Of a stretch of 64,000 bases of DNA, positions 1 to 10,700 are shown in pieces. The DNA is from an uncultured Bacteroidia bacterium (GTDB taxonomy: Bacteria > Bacteroidota > Bacteroidia > Bacteroidales > UBA932). Under the pieces are notes generated by a model. That model did no database searches and was not told the DNA's origin. It worked only from the letters and a program-made list of their open reading frames with translations. The stretch lies in the NCBI GenBank assembly GCA_902785825.1, contig CACZZZ010000010.1, positions 9,262 to 73,261 on the forward strand, read 5' to 3'. Made by a program: the position numbers and the translations under genes. Numbering within the stretch: position 1 is the stretch's first letter; every line of letters begins with the position of its first letter.

Positions 1-110
1 ATGGGACCACAGGGCGATGGAAGGGCGATTCGGAGGGCAAGGTCACGCACCTAAAAAGAGACCTTGCCCGCAAAGCATGCCCTTTCCTCCTTTTTTCGTA
101 TATTAGTGGC

Positions 111-1886
111 ATGAAGAGACTCGTGCCAGATATTATCGTGATTGCCTGCGCAGCGCTCATGACGGCATTCTGCGCCACATCATGCGCCAACCGACAGGCC
201 AAGACCGAAGATACTCTCCTGTCGGAACTTCCTCCTATTCCCGAAGTCCAGGCAAAGCAACCCTTAGCCAGCGTCACTATGGCTCCCCCGGACAGTTTCC
301 CTGAGGTAAAACTGGATATCCCTATAACTCCGGGACCCTTCCAGCCTACCTGGGAAAGCATCGAGGAAAACTATCCTGGCACTCCCCAGTGGCTCCGGGA
401 CGCTAAGGTGGGCATCTGGGTCCACTTCGGGCCACAGGCATCAGGGGAAAGCGGCGACTGGTATGCCCGCAGGCTTTACGAAGAGGGCAATAAGGCCTAC
501 GAGAATCACGTGAAGCGCTTCGGGCATCCTTCCGAAGTCGGTTACAAGGATGTCCTCAACGTCTGGAACCCTTCCAAACTCGATCCGGCGAAACTGACCA
601 ACCTCTATAAAAAAGCCGGAGCCCGCTTCCTGCTTATCCAAGGTGTTCACCACGACAACTACGACCTCTGGAACTCCCGCTACCAGCCCTGGAACTCGGT
701 CAACATCGGCCCCAAGAGGGATTTCCTTAAAGAATGGTCGGAGGCTTGCCGCGAGGAGGACATGCGTTTCGGCGTGACCTTCCACCACGAGTACACCTGG
801 TGGTGGTGGCAAACGGCTTTCGGCGCGGACACCACCGGAACCAAGGCCGGAATTCCATACGATGGCAACCTCACGCTCGAGGACGGAAAAGGCAAATGGT
901 GGGAAGGCTACGATCCCAGGATGCTCTATGGCATTGATCTTCGGGAATATAAGAGCGTCGGTCCGCCCAATGTGGTTCCGGACGAGGGAATATTCTTCCA
1001 TCACCAGGAATATGCCCGCTGGTACGCGACCCAATGGGCGCTGAGGATTATGGATGTGACCCACAACTACGACCCCGACTTCATCTACACTGACGGAATC
1101 ACCCAGGGACCGTTCTGCGGCGACGGCACCGGAGCCGGTTACAAGTGCGACGCCATGCCTCGGGTCATGGCTGACTTCTATAACAGGACCCTGAGGGACC
1201 GCGGAGAGGTCAACACATTCAGTGTCGTGAAGTTCCGCAGGCCGACCAACGGAACCGTCACAACAGAGGAATTCTCCTTCCCGGATGAAATCAAGACTTC
1301 CCAACCGTGGATTCGGGAAGCTCCTATCGGCGACTGGTTCTATGCCCCCGGCTTTATCTATGACGCCACTTCGGCCATCCATTTCATAATCGAGGCAGTG
1401 ACAAGGGACGGCAACTGCGCCCTCTGCGTCCCGATCAAGGCGGATGGATCGATTGACGAGGAAGGCGAGAAGATGCTCTTGGAAGTCGGGAAATGGATGG
1501 AGACCTGTGGCGAAGGAATATATGGCAGCAGCGCGTGGAAAACCCTCGGCGAGGGCACTTTGGACGAGAACGGCCACCTTATCAAACTTCCAGGCGGAGG
1601 GCTCGGGAAGGCACAGGCGGAGTTCAGCTACGCTCATGACGACATACGTTTCACCCAAGGCAAGGACGGCGCCGTGTACGCTTTCATGATGAACCCTCCG
1701 GAGCCGGGACAGACCATCAGAGTCAAATCCCTCGGTAAAGAGGCCGGACTTAAAGACACCGTAGGAAGCGTGAAACTGCTTGGCCACGACGGGATTATTG
1801 AATGGAGCCGCGACGAGAAAGCATTGGAAATCACCTGCCCAGACAAGATCCCCTTCCGGTCAGCGATAGTGTTCAGAATAGATTAA
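111..1886 (+). CDS. Glycoside hydrolase family 29 (alpha-L-fucosidase-like) lipoprotein
   Basis: 591-aa ORF. N-terminal signal with a lipobox-like FCATSC. GH29-type core segments: VGIWVHFGP, GARFLLIQGVHHDNYDLWNS, PKRDFLKEW, FGVTFHH. Confidence 0.75.
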   Translation: MKRLVPDIIVIACAALMTAFCATSCANRQAKTEDTLLSELPPIPEVQAKQPLASVTMAPPDSFPEVKLDIPITPGPFQPTWESIEENYPGTPQWLRDAKVGIWVHFGPQASGESGDWYARRLYEEGNKAYENHVKRFGHPSEVGYKDVLNVWNPSKLDPAKLTNLYKKAGARFLLIQGVHHDNYDLWNSRYQPWNSVNIGPKRDFLKEWSEACREEDMRFGVTFHHEYTWWWWQTAFGADTTGTKAGIPYDGNLTLEDGKGKWWEGYDPRMLYGIDLREYKSVGPPNVVPDEGIFFHHQEYARWYATQWALRIMDVTHNYDPDFIYTDGITQGPFCGDGTGAGYKCDAMPRVMADFYNRTLRDRGEVNTFSVVKFRRPTNGTVTTEEFSFPDEIKTSQPWIREAPIGDWFYAPGFIYDATSAIHFIIEAVTRDGNCALCVPIKADGSIDEEGEKMLLEVGKWMETCGEGIYGSSAWKTLGEGTLDENGHLIKLPGGGLGKAQAEFSYAHDDIRFTQGKDGAVYAFMMNPPEPGQTIRVKSLGKEAGLKDTVGSVKLLGHDGIIEWSRDEKALEITCPDKIPFRSAIVFRID

Positions 1887-1890
1887 TCAA

Positions 1891-3201
1891 ATGAATATGA
1901 GACGGTTAATAACAGGAGCGGCACTGCTTGCGGCCGCATTCGGTGCCTCGGCGCAAAACCCGATATTCCTTAACAAAGCTTATAATTCAGACCCGCAGGC
2001 GAGGGTCTGGACAATCGACGGAAAGCCGACGCTGTTTGTCTATGGCTCGAAGGATGAAAACACGAAGTATTACTGTTCAAGCAAGTACGACGTGTTCTCA
2101 ACGGAGGACATGATCCATTGGATAGGCGGTCCTTCCTTCTCTTCCGATGAAGTCAAGTACAACGACGAGGTCCTTTACGCCCCGGACTGCATCGAGAAGG
2201 ACGGGAAGTATTACCTGTTCTTTTCCCAGCCCGGTCCCGACCCCGAGGGAACAGCCGTCAGCGACTCCCCTTACGGCCCTTTCAAGGACGCCAGAAGGGT
2301 TGAGAATGCCGAACAGATCGACCCTTCAGTATTCATTGACGACGATGGTCAGGCTTGGATGTTCTGGGGCCAGTTCTCCGCGAAATGCGCCAAGCTCAAT
2401 CCGGACATGCGATCGATTGATCCCTCAACTATCAAGGACGGGATCCTTACCGAGGCGGAGCACCATTTCCACGAAGGAGTACAGGCTTTCAAACATAATG
2501 GGACATATTACCTGACCTTCGCCGACATCGGACGCCGGGGAATGCCGACCTGCATCGGCTACGCCACTTCCAAGAATATCACCGGTCCTTATACCTACCG
2601 CGGAGTCATCATCGACAACTTCGGCAGCGACCCGTGTGTGTGGAACAACCACGGCTCCGTCGTGAAATTCAAGAACCAGTGGTACGTCTTCTATCACCGC
2701 TCATCACAGGGCTCAAACATCATGCGCCAGACTTGCGCGGAGCCTATCGAGATCCTTCCTGACAGCTCCATCCCCGAGGTTGAGATGACCTCTACCGGAG
2801 CGGGAAAGCCGCTTGACCCTTACCTCGCGATCGGATCCGATCCCATCGCGGCGAGGGCATGCTACCTCACCGGCCACGCCAGGATCGACAAAGACCACAG
2901 GCTCAGCGAAATCCGTGACTTCGACACCGCCGCCTGGAGAGACTTTGACTTCAAAGACGGGCCTAAAAAGATGATCCTCTCTATCTGCCCGGAGGCCGGC
3001 GGGATGATCTATGTTTATTCGGAATATCTGTACGGCAACAATGTGGCCACTTTCAAAGTCCCTGAGGGCGACGGGAAAACGCTCATAACCCTCGAGGCAA
3101 AGGTGGGCACCGACCTGAAGGGAGTAAGGCCAATCCGGATGCGCTTCCATGGAGACAAGGACAAGAACCTATTCACAATCAACTCCTTCCGCTTCGAATA
3201 A
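1891..3201 (+). CDS. Glycoside hydrolase family 43 (beta-xylosidase/alpha-L-arabinofuranosidase-like), secreted
   Basis: 436-aa ORF starting 5 nt after the GH29 stop. Signal peptide ending ASAQ. GH43-like five-bladed propeller motifs: NPIF..DPQARVW, YAPDCIEKDGKYYLFFS, DPSVFIDDDGQAWMFWG, HEGVQAFKHNGTYYLTF. Confidence 0.75.
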   Translation: MNMRRLITGAALLAAAFGASAQNPIFLNKAYNSDPQARVWTIDGKPTLFVYGSKDENTKYYCSSKYDVFSTEDMIHWIGGPSFSSDEVKYNDEVLYAPDCIEKDGKYYLFFSQPGPDPEGTAVSDSPYGPFKDARRVENAEQIDPSVFIDDDGQAWMFWGQFSAKCAKLNPDMRSIDPSTIKDGILTEAEHHFHEGVQAFKHNGTYYLTFADIGRRGMPTCIGYATSKNITGPYTYRGVIIDNFGSDPCVWNNHGSVVKFKNQWYVFYHRSSQGSNIMRQTCAEPIEILPDSSIPEVEMTSTGAGKPLDPYLAIGSDPIAARACYLTGHARIDKDHRLSEIRDFDTAAWRDFDFKDGPKKMILSICPEAGGMIYVYSEYLYGNNVATFKVPEGDGKTLITLEAKVGTDLKGVRPIRMRFHGDKDKNLFTINSFRFE

Positions 3202-3226
3202 CATAGGCCCCAAGGGCATCAAAAAA

Positions 3227-3254
3227 GCACCGCCTCGGAAGCGGTGCTTTTCTG
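3227..3254 (+). terminator. Rho-independent terminator after the GH43 gene; A-run upstream and T-run downstream make it possibly bidirectional
   Basis: Stem GCACCGC (3227-3233) / GCGGTGC (3241-3247) with a 7-nt loop. Followed by TTTTCT and preceded by AAAAAA. Confidence 0.7.
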
Positions 3255-3339
3255 TGCCCAAAGCCGGGCTCGAACCGGCACGTCTTTAAAGGACATTGGA
3301 TTTTGAGTCCAACGCGTCTACCAATTCCGCCATTCGGGC
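3255..3339 (-). tRNA. tRNA-Leu (anticodon CAA), class II with long variable arm
   Basis: Reverse complement reads GCCCGAATGGCGGAATTGGTAGACGCGTTGGACTCAAAATCCAATGTCCTTTAAAGACGTGCCGGTTCGAGCCCGGCTTTGGGCA. Acceptor stem GCCCGAA/TTTGGGC. Anticodon stem TTGGA/TCCAA with loop CTCAAAA. T arm CCGG-TTCGAGC-CCGG. No encoded CCA. Confidence 0.9.
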
Positions 3340-3457
3340 AGTAAACGGATGGACTGCAAATTTATCTATTTTCCTTTAAATTCCAAAATGTAACAACAAA
3401 AGTTGACTTGTGCTCAAAAGGGATCCGAAGAGTGTTCAAACCTTCGGAAAATCTGCT

Positions 3458-3465
3458 TATATTTG
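3458..3465 (+). promoter_or_regulatory. Bacteroides-type -7 promoter box (TATATTTG) upstream of the ypfJ-like gene
   Basis: Exact match to the TAnnTTTG consensus, 30 nt upstream of the ATG at 3496. Confidence 0.45.
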
Positions 3466-3495
3466 TAAGATGATAACCCTTAAATTTTTCGCTAT

Positions 3496-4353
3496 ATGAG
3501 ACTCGAAGGAAGACGTGAGAGCACTAACGTCGAAGACCGCCGCGGAATGAGTGGCGGAGCCATAGCCGGTGGCCTCGGTGGAGGCGCCATCCTCATCGCC
3601 CTGATTGTCATGTTGCTTGGTGGTGACCCCTCCGCTGTTCTCCAGCAGGCTGGTTCCATGCAGACAACCGAGCAGACTGGAGATGTGACCTTCTCTGAGG
3701 AGGAGCAGGAGCTCGCCTCGTTCGCGAAGAAGATTCTGGCCGGAACTGAAGACATCTGGACAGCCCAATTCGCCAAATATGGCTACCAGTACCAGGCCCC
3801 CAAGATGGTTCTGTACACCGGTACGACTTCCTCAGGATGCGGCACCGCCAATTCCCAGGTGGGACCGTTCTACTGTTCAGCCGACCAGACCGTGTACCTG
3901 GACCTGAGTTTCCTTTCCACGATGAAGCAGCAGATCGGAGCTGACGGCGACCTCGCCTACGCGTATGTGATAGCCCATGAGATAGGCCACCATGTGGAAT
4001 ACCTGCTCGGTACCCTAGGAAAGGCCCACCAGAAGATGAGCCAGTCCAGCAAAGCCGTCGCCAACCAGTATAGCGTGCGCCTGGAGCTCCTCGCTGACTA
4101 CTATGCGGGAGTGTGGGCCAATAATGACAACGCCCGTTTCCGCTCCATCGAGCCCGGCGACATCGAGAGGGCTCTCGACTGCGCCTCAAAGATCGGTGAT
4201 GACTATCTCCAGAAGAAGGCCCAGGGCTATGTGGTCTCTGAGTCATTCACCCATGGTACCGCCCAGCAGCGCTACAATTGGCTCAAGAAGGGCATGACAT
4301 ATGGAGACCTGGAGCATGGCAACACCTTCGAGATTGATTACAACAGACTATAA
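3496..4353 (+). CDS. ypfJ: YpfJ-family putative neutral zinc metallopeptidase (membrane anchored)
   Basis: 285 aa. N-terminus MRLEGRRESTNVEDRRG followed by a TM segment, closely like E. coli YpfJ. HEIGHH zinc motif. Confidence 0.8.
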   Translation: MRLEGRRESTNVEDRRGMSGGAIAGGLGGGAILIALIVMLLGGDPSAVLQQAGSMQTTEQTGDVTFSEEEQELASFAKKILAGTEDIWTAQFAKYGYQYQAPKMVLYTGTTSSGCGTANSQVGPFYCSADQTVYLDLSFLSTMKQQIGADGDLAYAYVIAHEIGHHVEYLLGTLGKAHQKMSQSSKAVANQYSVRLELLADYYAGVWANNDNARFRSIEPGDIERALDCASKIGDDYLQKKAQGYVVSESFTHGTAQQRYNWLKKGMTYGDLEHGNTFEIDYNRL

Positions 4354-4356
4354 AAT

Positions 4357-6291
4357 ATGAAACATTTCTCACTGCCTAAAGACGGCGGACTGATTGAGGA
4401 GAACCTTCCTAAAGGCATTCTCCACTCCCACGAGAACATCACCGCCGAGATTTCTGACGACGCCGCTTCCGGAAGCGAAAGTGTCGCCCAAGTTATCGTA
4501 AAAGCTATCAACGACCACGAGAAAGCCGTCCTTCCAAGGGCTTTCAAGCTCGGTCTCACCACTGGTGTCACCCCTTCGATCCTCTACAGGAGGCTCGCTG
4601 AGATGAACCGCAATGGAGAGGTCTCCTTCGCCAATGTGGAAGTATATTCAATCGACGAGTATTACCCTTGCGGGAAGGAATCGGCGCAAAGCCGTAACAA
4701 CCGTCTCCACAAGGAGTTCCTCAATTTGGTGGACATCAAGCCTGAGAATATACATATTCCCGACGGGACTATCCCCCAGAATCGTGTCTCGGATTATTGC
4801 GCCGAGTTCGATAAAATCGCCCGCGACCTGGATCTCCTTGTGATCGGTGTCGGTGAAGGCGGACAGGTCGGGTTCAACGAGGCCGGAGCCTCCGAGAAGA
4901 GCCGCACCCGCGTCGTGCCCCTCTCCTACCAGTCCAGGAAGACACAGTCCCGCAATTTCAACGGTGACATATCGGCTACTCCCAAGTCAGCCATCACCAT
5001 GGGCATAGGAACCATGATGAGTTCCCGCAGGATCATACTCATGGCCTGGGGTGAGGACAAAGCCGAAGTGGTCCACAAGATCGTGGAAGGTGGGATCGAC
5101 CCCACTTGCCCGGCCTCATTCCTCCAGAAGCACGACAATATCAGCTTCTACACCGATGAGATGTCCGCATCGCTGCTGACAAGGATCGTCGCCCCTTGGA
5201 CCGTCGGCCCTTGCGACTGGACTCCTAAACTCATCCGCAAGGCCGTCGTGTGGCTCTGCGACAAGGTCCACAAGCCGATTCTGAAACTTTCCCAGAAGGA
5301 TTATCTTGAGAACTCGCTCGGAGAGCTCCTGGAACTCTACGGTCCGTTTGACAAGATCAACATAGACGTGTTCAACGAGTTGCAGCACACCATCACCGGA
5401 TGGCCCGGCGGAAAGCCAAACGCCGACGACTCGACAAGACCGGTCAAGTCCTCCCCGTTCCCTAAGAAGGTGCTCATATTCTCACCCCACCCAGACGACG
5501 ACGTGATCTCCATGGGAGGAACATTCATCCGCCTTGTCCATCAGGGACACGACGTGCATGTGGCGTATGAGACTTCAGGTGACCTGGCCGTCCATGACGA
5601 TGTGGTGCTCCAGCACATGGATGCCGCCCGTCAGCTTGGTTTCGGAGACAGGTTCGATGAGGTCAAGGCCATAATCGCCTCTAAGAGGCCCGGAGAGCCT
5701 GAGCCTAAGGAATTGCTGGCGCTTAAGGCGGCCATCAGGCGCAGCGAGGCCAGAGGTGCCGACAGGAGTTTCGGACTTAACGACAACACCAATGTCCACT
5801 TCCTCAACCTCCCGTTCTACGAATCCGGAGGAGTCACGAAACTTCCCCGCACACAGGCTGACCTTGACATCATCAAGGCCCTCATCCTCAAGCTGAAGCC
5901 GGACCAGATCTATATGGCCGGAGACCTCGCTGACCCCCACGGGACCCACAGGGTCTGCACGGAGGCCGCTCTGGAGGCTATCGAGCAGCTGAAAGAGGAA
6001 GGTAACGACTGGCTTGAGAACACCACTATCTGGCTTTACAGGGGAGCCTGGATGGAGTGGGAGCTTTGGAGGGTTGATATGGCCGTTCCGCTCAGTCCTG
6101 ACGAAGTTGTCGAGAAGCGTCACGCCATATTCCGTCACCTTTCCCAGAAGGACATCGTTCCTTTCCCGGGCGATGACCCGAGGGAGTTCTGGCAGAGGGC
6201 CGAGGAGCGCACCCAAAGCACCGCCAAGCATTATGACGAGCTCGGCATGGCTGAGTACCAGGCAATTGAAGTATTCCTTAGATTGAAATAA
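4357..6291 (+). CDS. Long NagB-like glucosamine-6-phosphate deaminase fused to an LmbE/PIG-L deacetylase-like domain
   Basis: 644 aa. N-terminal half is NagB/6-phosphogluconolactonase-like: GLTTGVTPSILY, YSIDEYYP, LLVIGVGEGGQVGFNE. C-terminal half carries the PIG-L/LmbE signature SPHPDDDVISMGG and later HRxC. Confidence 0.7.
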   Translation: MKHFSLPKDGGLIEENLPKGILHSHENITAEISDDAASGSESVAQVIVKAINDHEKAVLPRAFKLGLTTGVTPSILYRRLAEMNRNGEVSFANVEVYSIDEYYPCGKESAQSRNNRLHKEFLNLVDIKPENIHIPDGTIPQNRVSDYCAEFDKIARDLDLLVIGVGEGGQVGFNEAGASEKSRTRVVPLSYQSRKTQSRNFNGDISATPKSAITMGIGTMMSSRRIILMAWGEDKAEVVHKIVEGGIDPTCPASFLQKHDNISFYTDEMSASLLTRIVAPWTVGPCDWTPKLIRKAVVWLCDKVHKPILKLSQKDYLENSLGELLELYGPFDKINIDVFNELQHTITGWPGGKPNADDSTRPVKSSPFPKKVLIFSPHPDDDVISMGGTFIRLVHQGHDVHVAYETSGDLAVHDDVVLQHMDAARQLGFGDRFDEVKAIIASKRPGEPEPKELLALKAAIRRSEARGADRSFGLNDNTNVHFLNLPFYESGGVTKLPRTQADLDIIKALILKLKPDQIYMAGDLADPHGTHRVCTEAALEAIEQLKEEGNDWLENTTIWLYRGAWMEWELWRVDMAVPLSPDEVVEKRHAIFRHLSQKDIVPFPGDDPREFWQRAEERTQSTAKHYDELGMAEYQAIEVFLRLK

Positions 6292-6302
6292 AACCATCAG
6301 AC

Positions 6303-7097
6303 ATGAAAGTAATAATCAGAGACAGTAAGAAAGAGGCCTCCATCTGGGCGGCCCATCACATCGCTGACGCCATCAAAGCCAAAGCGGAAATCACCGACGA
6401 CCCCTTCGTGCTCGGACTTCCCACGGGATCCACTCCCCTGGACACTTATGCCGAGCTCGCCCGCATGTGCGAGGCTGGCGAGGTGTCGTTCAAGAACGTG
6501 ATCACCTTCAACATGGACGAATATGTGGGAATTCCCGAGAAACACCCGGAGAGCTACCACAGCTTCATGTACAAGAACCTGTTTGACAAGATCGACATTC
6601 CTGCCGGCAACATCCACATCCTCAACGGAAACGCTCCTGATCTTGACAAGGAGTGCGAGGACTATGAGAAAGCCATCGTCGCCGCCGGCGGTATCGACCT
6701 TTTCCTCGGAGGTGTCGGAGAAGACGGTCACCTCGCTTTCAACGAGCCCTTCTCTTCCATCAACTCCAGGACCAGGGTTGTTACCCTCACCCAGGACACG
6801 ATCGAGGTCAATTCCCGCTTCTTCGGAGGTGACACCAGCCTGGTTCCCAAGCAGGCCATGTCTGTGGGAGTCGCCACCGTCTGCTCCGCGGCCGAGGTCC
6901 TGATCCTCGCTTTCGGAAGCAAGAAGGCAAGGGTGGTCGCACAGGCCGTTGAGGGCTCTGTCAGCCACTACGTCACTCTCTCCGCCCTCCAGCTCCACGA
7001 GAACGGTATTGTCGTCCTCGACGAGCCCGCCGCCGGTGAGTTGAAGGTCAACTCCTACAAGTATTTCAAGGCTGTGGAAGCCGCTGAGAACAAATAA
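6303..7097 (+). CDS. nagB: Glucosamine-6-phosphate deaminase
   Basis: 264 aa. Canonical NagB motifs: GLPTGSTPL, FNMDEYVG, LFLGGVGEDGHLAFNEP. Confidence 0.9.
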   Translation: MKVIIRDSKKEASIWAAHHIADAIKAKAEITDDPFVLGLPTGSTPLDTYAELARMCEAGEVSFKNVITFNMDEYVGIPEKHPESYHSFMYKNLFDKIDIPAGNIHILNGNAPDLDKECEDYEKAIVAAGGIDLFLGGVGEDGHLAFNEPFSSINSRTRVVTLTQDTIEVNSRFFGGDTSLVPKQAMSVGVATVCSAAEVLILAFGSKKARVVAQAVEGSVSHYVTLSALQLHENGIVVLDEPAAGELKVNSYKYFKAVEAAENK

Positions 7098-7108
7098 ATT
7101 ATCATATT

Positions 7109-7693
7109 ATGAAAACAAGAGTTTTGCTGGCCGGCCTCCTCATGATTGTCACATTCAGCATGGCCGCCCAGGACAACGGAAATGCCAAGAAATACGGGTT
7201 CAAATCCGCTATCGTGAAGCTCTCCTCTGACGTGATGGGCCAGAAGGTGGAATCTACCGCTTACATTGATGAATATGGCGCCAAGGAGTGCCAGAAAACC
7301 AAAGTGAACGTCCCTGGCATGGGTTCCGTGGAGACAGCCACCATCTCAAAAGACGGAAAAGCCTGGTCGGTAAACTACACCATGAACCAGGTTCAGGAAA
7401 TGGATATTAATCCGGCCGACCAGCCTAATTTCCTCAATCTGACCGACGACATGAAGAAGAAGTTCAAGATAGAGGAGGCCGGCACTGAGAAAATCCTCGA
7501 CAAGGATTGCGTGATCTATACCATGGAGACTGAGGCACAAGGCATGACCGCCAAACTGAAAGTGTGGTGCTACAAAGGCTTCACATTGAAAACCGAGACA
7601 GAGGTCATGGGAATGAAGGTCGTTGCCGTCGCCACGGATTTCAAGGAGGACGCCATGGTTCTCCCCCAAGTATTCGACGTTCCTAAATTATAG
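7109..7693 (+). CDS. Secreted hypothetical protein
   Basis: 194-aa ORF with a signal peptide (LLAGLLMIVTFSMAAQ), packed tightly between nagB and purL. I recognise no catalytic motif. Confidence 0.55.
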   Translation: MKTRVLLAGLLMIVTFSMAAQDNGNAKKYGFKSAIVKLSSDVMGQKVESTAYIDEYGAKECQKTKVNVPGMGSVETATISKDGKAWSVNYTMNQVQEMDINPADQPNFLNLTDDMKKKFKIEEAGTEKILDKDCVIYTMETEAQGMTAKLKVWCYKGFTLKTETEVMGMKVVAVATDFKEDAMVLPQVFDVPKL

Positions 7694-7708
7694 AGCAATA
7701 AGTTATAA

Positions 7709-10700
7709 ATGAGCGATTTCCGTATCTTCGTAGAGAAATATCCCGAGTTCCAGGTCGAAGCTCAAAGCTTGCTTTCCGAACTCAATGAGAACCTTGGCCT
7801 CAAACTCCGGTCACTCAGGTTGATCAATGTCTATGACCTTTTCGGATTCACGCCCGAACTGCTTGAGAAAAGCAGGTACAGCGTGTTCGGTGAGATTGTC
7901 ACTGACCAAGTCATGGACGAGATCGATCTGAATGGAGCAAAGTACATCGCCGTGGAATATCTCCCTGGTCAGTTCGACCAGAGAGCCGCCTCAGCGGTGG
8001 ACTGCGTTCATCTGATTGACCCTTCCGCCAAGATAAACATCAAGAGTTCCAAGCTCATCATCGTAGATAATGATGCCACAGGAGAAGTTCTTGACAAGAT
8101 CCGTCACTATGTGATCAATCCTGTGGAATCAAGGGAGAAGGATCTGGGGAAACTGTCCGACACCGAGCATGCGGCCGTCAAGGAAGTTCCTGTCCTGGAA
8201 GGATTCCGCTCTATGGAAGGTCCTGATCTCAAGGCATATTGCAAGAAGATGGGACTCGCCATGAACGAGGACGACCTCGCCGAGGTCGTGAGGTATTTCA
8301 CTACGGAGGGAAGGGATCCCAACGAGACTGAGCTCAGGATCCTGGACACCTATTGGAGCGACCACTGCCGCCACACCACATTCACTACCGAGCTTGAGGA
8401 CATCGCCATCGAGGACTCTTTCATCAAAGAAGACATTGAGGGGACTTTGAGGCTATATCTCAAGATGCGCTCAGAGCTTGGAAGGGAAGGCAAGGGACTC
8501 AACCTGATGGACATGGCCACTATCGGAGCCAAGTATCTCAGGAAGGCCGGCAAGTTGGACGACATGGAGGTCAGCGAGGAGAACAACGCCTGCAGCATAT
8601 TCATTGATGTTGATGTGGACGGAGAAACCGAGCGCTGGCTCTTGATGTTCAAGAATGAGACTCATAATCATCCCACGGAGATCGAGCCTTTCGGAGGCGC
8701 CGCGACCTGCCTCGGAGGTGCCATAAGAGATCCCCTCTCAGGCCGTTCATACGTCTATCAGGCCATGAGGGTCACTGGTGCCGGAGACATCTATAAACCT
8801 GTGTCTGAGACGATTCCGGGCAAACTCCCCCAAAAGGTGATTACCCGTAAAGCCGCCCAGGGATATTCAAGTTACGGCAACCAGATCGGTCTGGCCACCA
8901 CCCACGTCCGCGAGATTTTCCACGAGGGCTACACCGCCAAGAGAATGGAGGTCGGTGCTGTGGTCGGTGCTGTGAAGGCTGAGAATGTCAGGCGCGAGAG
9001 TCCTGCCCCGGGAGATGTGGTGCTGATGTTGGGAGGACGTACCGGAAGAGACGGAATCGGAGGAGCCACTGGCTCATCCAAAGAGCACACAGAGGAATCC
9101 CTGGAGACTTGCGGCAGCGAGGTCCAGAAGGGTAATCCGCCGGAGGAGAGGAAACTTGAGAGGCTGTTCCGCAGACCTGAAGTCACCTCACTCATAAAGA
9201 AATCCAATGACTTCGGAGCCGGAGGTGTCAGCGTCGCCATCGGAGAGCTGACCGCTGGGCTGGACATCTACCTGGACAGGGTTCCGGTCAAATACAGTGG
9301 AATGAACTCCACCGAACTGGCTATCAGCGAATCGCAAGAGAGGATGGCAGTCGTGATTGAGGCCGCTGACGAGGAGAAATTCAAGGAATATTGCCACTCG
9401 GAGAACATTGAGGTGACCCACGTCGCCGATGTGACTGACACCGAAAGAATGAGGATGTTCAAAAAAGGCGAACTTGTCGTGGATCTCCGCAGGGACTTCA
9501 TCGACAGCGCCGGAGCGAAACACTACTCAAAGGCCGTGGTCGGACAGGTCGATGCCGCGGATCCATTCAGCAGGGATATTCCCGGAAAGAACCTCAAGGA
9601 AAGGATGTTCGCCAACTTGCAGGATCCGAATGTCACGAGCCAGAAGGGTCTGATCGAGATGTTCGACTCCACCATCGGGCGCTCAACCGTCCTCATGCCT
9701 TTCGGCGGCGAGCTTCAAACCACCGAGACCCAGGTCTCTGTCCAGAAGCTTCCTGTTGACAGTTTCACCAACACCGCCAGCATGATGGCGTTCGGTTTCA
9801 ATCCGGACATCTGCTCCTGGAGCCCGTACCACGGTGCGGCATATTCCTTTGTCGAGGCATGCTCCAAGATCGTCGCGGCCGGAGGAGACTGGAAGACAAT
9901 GAGGTTCTCCTGCCAGGAATATTTCGAAAGGATGACTTCCGACCCCCACACCTGGGGAAAACCTACCGCGGCACTTCTCGGAGCGCTGAAAATGCAGGAG
10001 GCGCTGGGGCTGCCCTCAATCGGCGGCAAGGACTCCATGAGCGGATCCTTCGAGACGGAGCACGGCCCGATTCATGTTCCCCCGACACTGATAGCATTCG
10101 GAATCACTCCCGTGAAAGTGAGCGATGTCATCTCACCCGAATTCAAGTGGGAAGGCGACAGGCTTTACCTTGTCAGACATACGCCTCTTTCCAACAAGAT
10201 GCCTGACACAGAGCAGCTTAAGAAGAACTGGGACAATATTCTCGCCAAGATTAAGGACGGCACGATTGTCGCCGCCTGGTCAGTCGGTTTCGGTGGTGTG
10301 GCTGAGGCTCTCTGCAAGATGAGTTTCGGAAACGCTTTCGGTTTCGACGTGAAACTCTCCGAAGATGATCTCTTCAACCTCGCTTACGGTTCGATCGTTA
10401 TCGAGACCGACGGGGAGGTTGATTTCGAGAACGCCGAACTGATTGGAGACGTGACTTCCGGTGAGGACGGTAACGTCCGCGTCAACGGCACCTCGATCTC
10501 CATCTTCGAGCTGATGGACTTCAACGGTTCCCTCTTCGAGAAAGTTTACCCCGCGGTCAGCGAGTCTTCCCACAAGAGGCTTCTTCCTCGTGGGATGGAG
10601 GGCGTGAAACCCTTCAAAGCCAAGAAGATGGATCTCGAGTACAAGGGGCCGGCCGTAGATAAGGTCGTGGCCTACCTGCCCGTATTCCCTGGAACGAACT

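Noticed and set aside
1-110. Hairpin GGCAAGGT...ACCTTGCC followed by a T-rich run near the window start, possibly the terminator of an upstream gene.
   Set aside because: The upstream gene is not visible and the loop is long (about 17 nt), so the context cannot be evaluated.
441-1787. Long antisense or out-of-frame ORFs throughout the track (e.g. 441-1787 -, 6297-6998 -, 10280-11080 -, 28280-29764 +, 53651-54673 +, 54612-55748 +, 60141-60908 +).
   Set aside because: Each lies entirely inside a gene with clear family motifs on the other strand or in another frame. They have low-complexity, Arg/Gly/Pro-rich compositions typical of shadow ORFs in GC-rich coding DNA. I recognise no motifs in them.
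4464-4477. Perfect 14-nt palindrome CGCTTCCGGAAGCG inside the long nagB-like gene.
   Set aside because: Isolated and short, inside coding sequence encoding an unremarkable peptide. No second copy noticed. Compatible with chance.
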